Origin: an uncultured Planctomycetota bacterium
GTDB taxonomy: Bacteria; Planctomycetota; Planctomycetia; Isosphaerales; Isosphaeraceae
Reading direction: 5' to 3'
DNA length: 64,000 bases
Assembly (NCBI GenBank): GCA_963823665.1
Contig: CAWGMQ010000003.1
Span: forward strand, 1,024,001-1,088,000
Made by a program: the position numbers and the translations under genes
The notes under the pieces: generated by a model
What the model was told of the DNA's origin: nothing
The model's database searches: none
The model's input: the letters and a program-made list of their open reading frames with translations, nothing else
Shown: piece by piece, positions 63,317 to 64,000 of the stretch
How the letters are laid out: each line of letters begins with the position of its first letter
How positions within the stretch are numbered: the stretch's first letter is position 1

Positions 63317-64000
63317 TCACCCCCCTCCGATGACTTCACCGCCGTTCATGGTCAGGAGCATCACCAGTGTTTGGGGGTTCACGGTGGCCTTGATGAATCT
63401 GGTGGAGCCGTCGGCGAAGAGCGCGTGCTGCGCCGGCGGCGTGGGGACTGGCCAGGCGCGGGGCCGGCCCGCCTTCGGTCCAGTGCGCAGTCTTCCGGCT
63501 TGGTCCAAGGGATTGAAAGATCGGTCTCGAGGACAAGGAACGTGTTCGAGGTTCCGTCCGTGATGTGGCGAACGTCAGCCCCGTGGGTCGGCGTGAACGG
63601 CGTGTTGATGTTGTAGGCGTCCGTTTCGGGGCCGACGATGACGACGTACCCCGTTTCGCCGGCGCCGCGACGGGCAGCGGCCGGGCAGCGAAACTCGGGT
63701 GGCATTTCCGCGAGCAGCGCACGGTTGTGGGGGCTGTCCCACGGCTCATCCAGATGAAAACGCTCGTACAAAGACTGGTATCCCAGTTGCGGCAAGATCG
63801 CGACTCGCCAGCTCAGGAGCTTTTGGCCTTTTGGGCCCATGACCGCCGGCGCTGGAAACTGAGTACGCTCTTCCTGGTATTCCAGCATCGCTGCGCCCAG
63901 CCGCCGTAGGTTGCCCGCGCACTGCGATCGCCAGGATTCGTGAAACGCGTCGAGGAGAGCCGCGTACGCGATCCAGATCAGTGGCGCGAGGATGCTCGCG
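63317..64000 (-). CDS. DUF1559 domain protein, 5' end outside window (frameshift ~63470)
   Basis: QCAGNLRRLG, LLSWRVAILP, LDEPWDSPHN, ITDGTSNT, PWTKPED, ALFADGSTRF. Confidence 0.9.

Overview
GC-rich bacterial chromosomal segment, very probably Planctomycetota of the Isosphaeraceae type. Lineage markers: four DUF1559 prepilin-like genes, an ECF sigma factor paired with a Ser/Thr kinase-WD40 gene, a membrane-anchored ECF, a Uma2 nuclease, and a TNPKRKRG-type REP hairpin. Housekeeping and metabolic genes: glpD, tdh-kbl, ilvD, nadA, glgB, mutS2, ruvAB, sua5/tsaC, a deoxyhypusine-synthase-like gene and pdaD. Also present are a 10-gene type II secretion/pilus-like operon (1 ATPase, 3 GspF, 3 minor pilins, 3 DUF1559) and a three-gene phosphorelay. 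Single-base frameshifts break many genes, including kbl, ilvD, ruvB and sua5, which suggests uncorrected long-read indels, so split genes are reported joined. Best candidates for undescribed biology: (1) a coupled ATPase + ATPase-wHTH-TPR pair (STAND/NLR-like) with its own palindromic operator at 1.1-5.2 kb; (2) an unannotated 30-aa histone-H1-like KAAPK peptide followed by a ~350-nt strand-biased structured RNA tail at 56.8-57.2 kb; (3) a diverged 750-bp duplicate of the mutS2 3' end enclosing a small insert; (4) a four-gene array of NPY-motif membrane proteins with a recombination breakpoint at the motif. No tRNA, rRNA, CRISPR array or clear transposase was recognised. All family assignments are by eye; no database was searched.
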